Of a stretch of 64,000 bases of DNA, positions 63,472-64,000 are shown one piece after another. The translations under genes were made by a program, and so were the position numbers. The notes below the pieces were generated by a model. That model was given only the letters and a program-made list of their open reading frames with translations, was not told where the DNA came from and made no database searches. This DNA is from Haliotis cracherodii (taxonomy: Eukaryota). Position 1 is the stretch's first letter, and each line of letters begins with the position of its first letter. The stretch lies in NCBI RefSeq assembly GCF_022045235.1, contig NW_027266264.1, forward strand, positions 66,836,001 to 66,900,000. The letters are read 5' to 3'.

Positions 63472-64000
63472 CTGAGGTCATAGACTGACAATACACTGGG
63501 CAAAAATGACTTTTTCAATATGGCTGCCATGGCGCCCATGATTAAAATTGGATTGGAAATCTGTGAGCATGTTTTAGTGACACAATAGCTGGGGTCATTA
63601 ACACAAAGTTTCAGCTACATAGATAGACCTGGTAGTTTCAGAGCTGTCGGTTCACAACAGACAAGAAATATAGAAGATGGACACCATACCACTAAAGGAG
63701 CTCATATGACTTTCAGTAAGGTGTGTTAAAATTCACTTCATATGAATAATCAAAATGATCATTATAAAACAGGGAGTTTACACAATTTCAAATTATATGT
63801 CCTTTTAACCATGAGTCAGTTACGTAAAATTCTATTTCATAGTGTCAATAATGCCGCGATAACCTCGAGTCAGTGACATGGAGATACAGGCACCATCAAT
63901 TATTTATACCATGCAGTTCAATTAGCATGACCTTGACAGGTCAGAGGTCAGTTAAAAGACATGGGGTGCAAATTCAATTTCCTCAAAAAAAGTGTTTCCA

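Overview
Eukaryotic (animal) genomic DNA, AT-rich and repeat-rich. The repeat content suggests a mollusc, possibly an abalone-like gastropod; this is inference only. The window holds one complete protein-coding gene on the + strand, a class-1 transmembrane semaphorin (Sema-1a-like). I reconstructed it by hand as 18 coding exons from ATG 18190 to TAG 48072, 2166 nt, 721 aa, with all splice phases consistent. The protein has a signal peptide, sema domain, PSI domain, Thr/Pro-rich stalk, TM helix and a cytoplasmic tail ending KVYL. A probable ~3.4 kb 3' UTR follows. The rest is introns and intergenic DNA with three SINE-like families, several non-autonomous DNA transposons, micro- and minisatellites, and one N-gap. 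Nearly all long ORFs in the supplied track are repeat artefacts. I did not find a clearly new multi-gene system. The best leads are: (1) a second strong splice acceptor 65 nt upstream of the TM exon that would yield a secreted, NMD-immune semaphorin isoform; (2) a GC-AG intron; (3) frame-neutral stalk exons, one carrying a CxC motif; (4) a ~170 bp palindrome with degenerate hammerhead-ribozyme motifs of the Penelope-element type; (5) a 3' UTR rich in Pumilio elements, miRNA seed matches and G4 tracts; (6) repeated cases of transposons inserted into tandem repeats.
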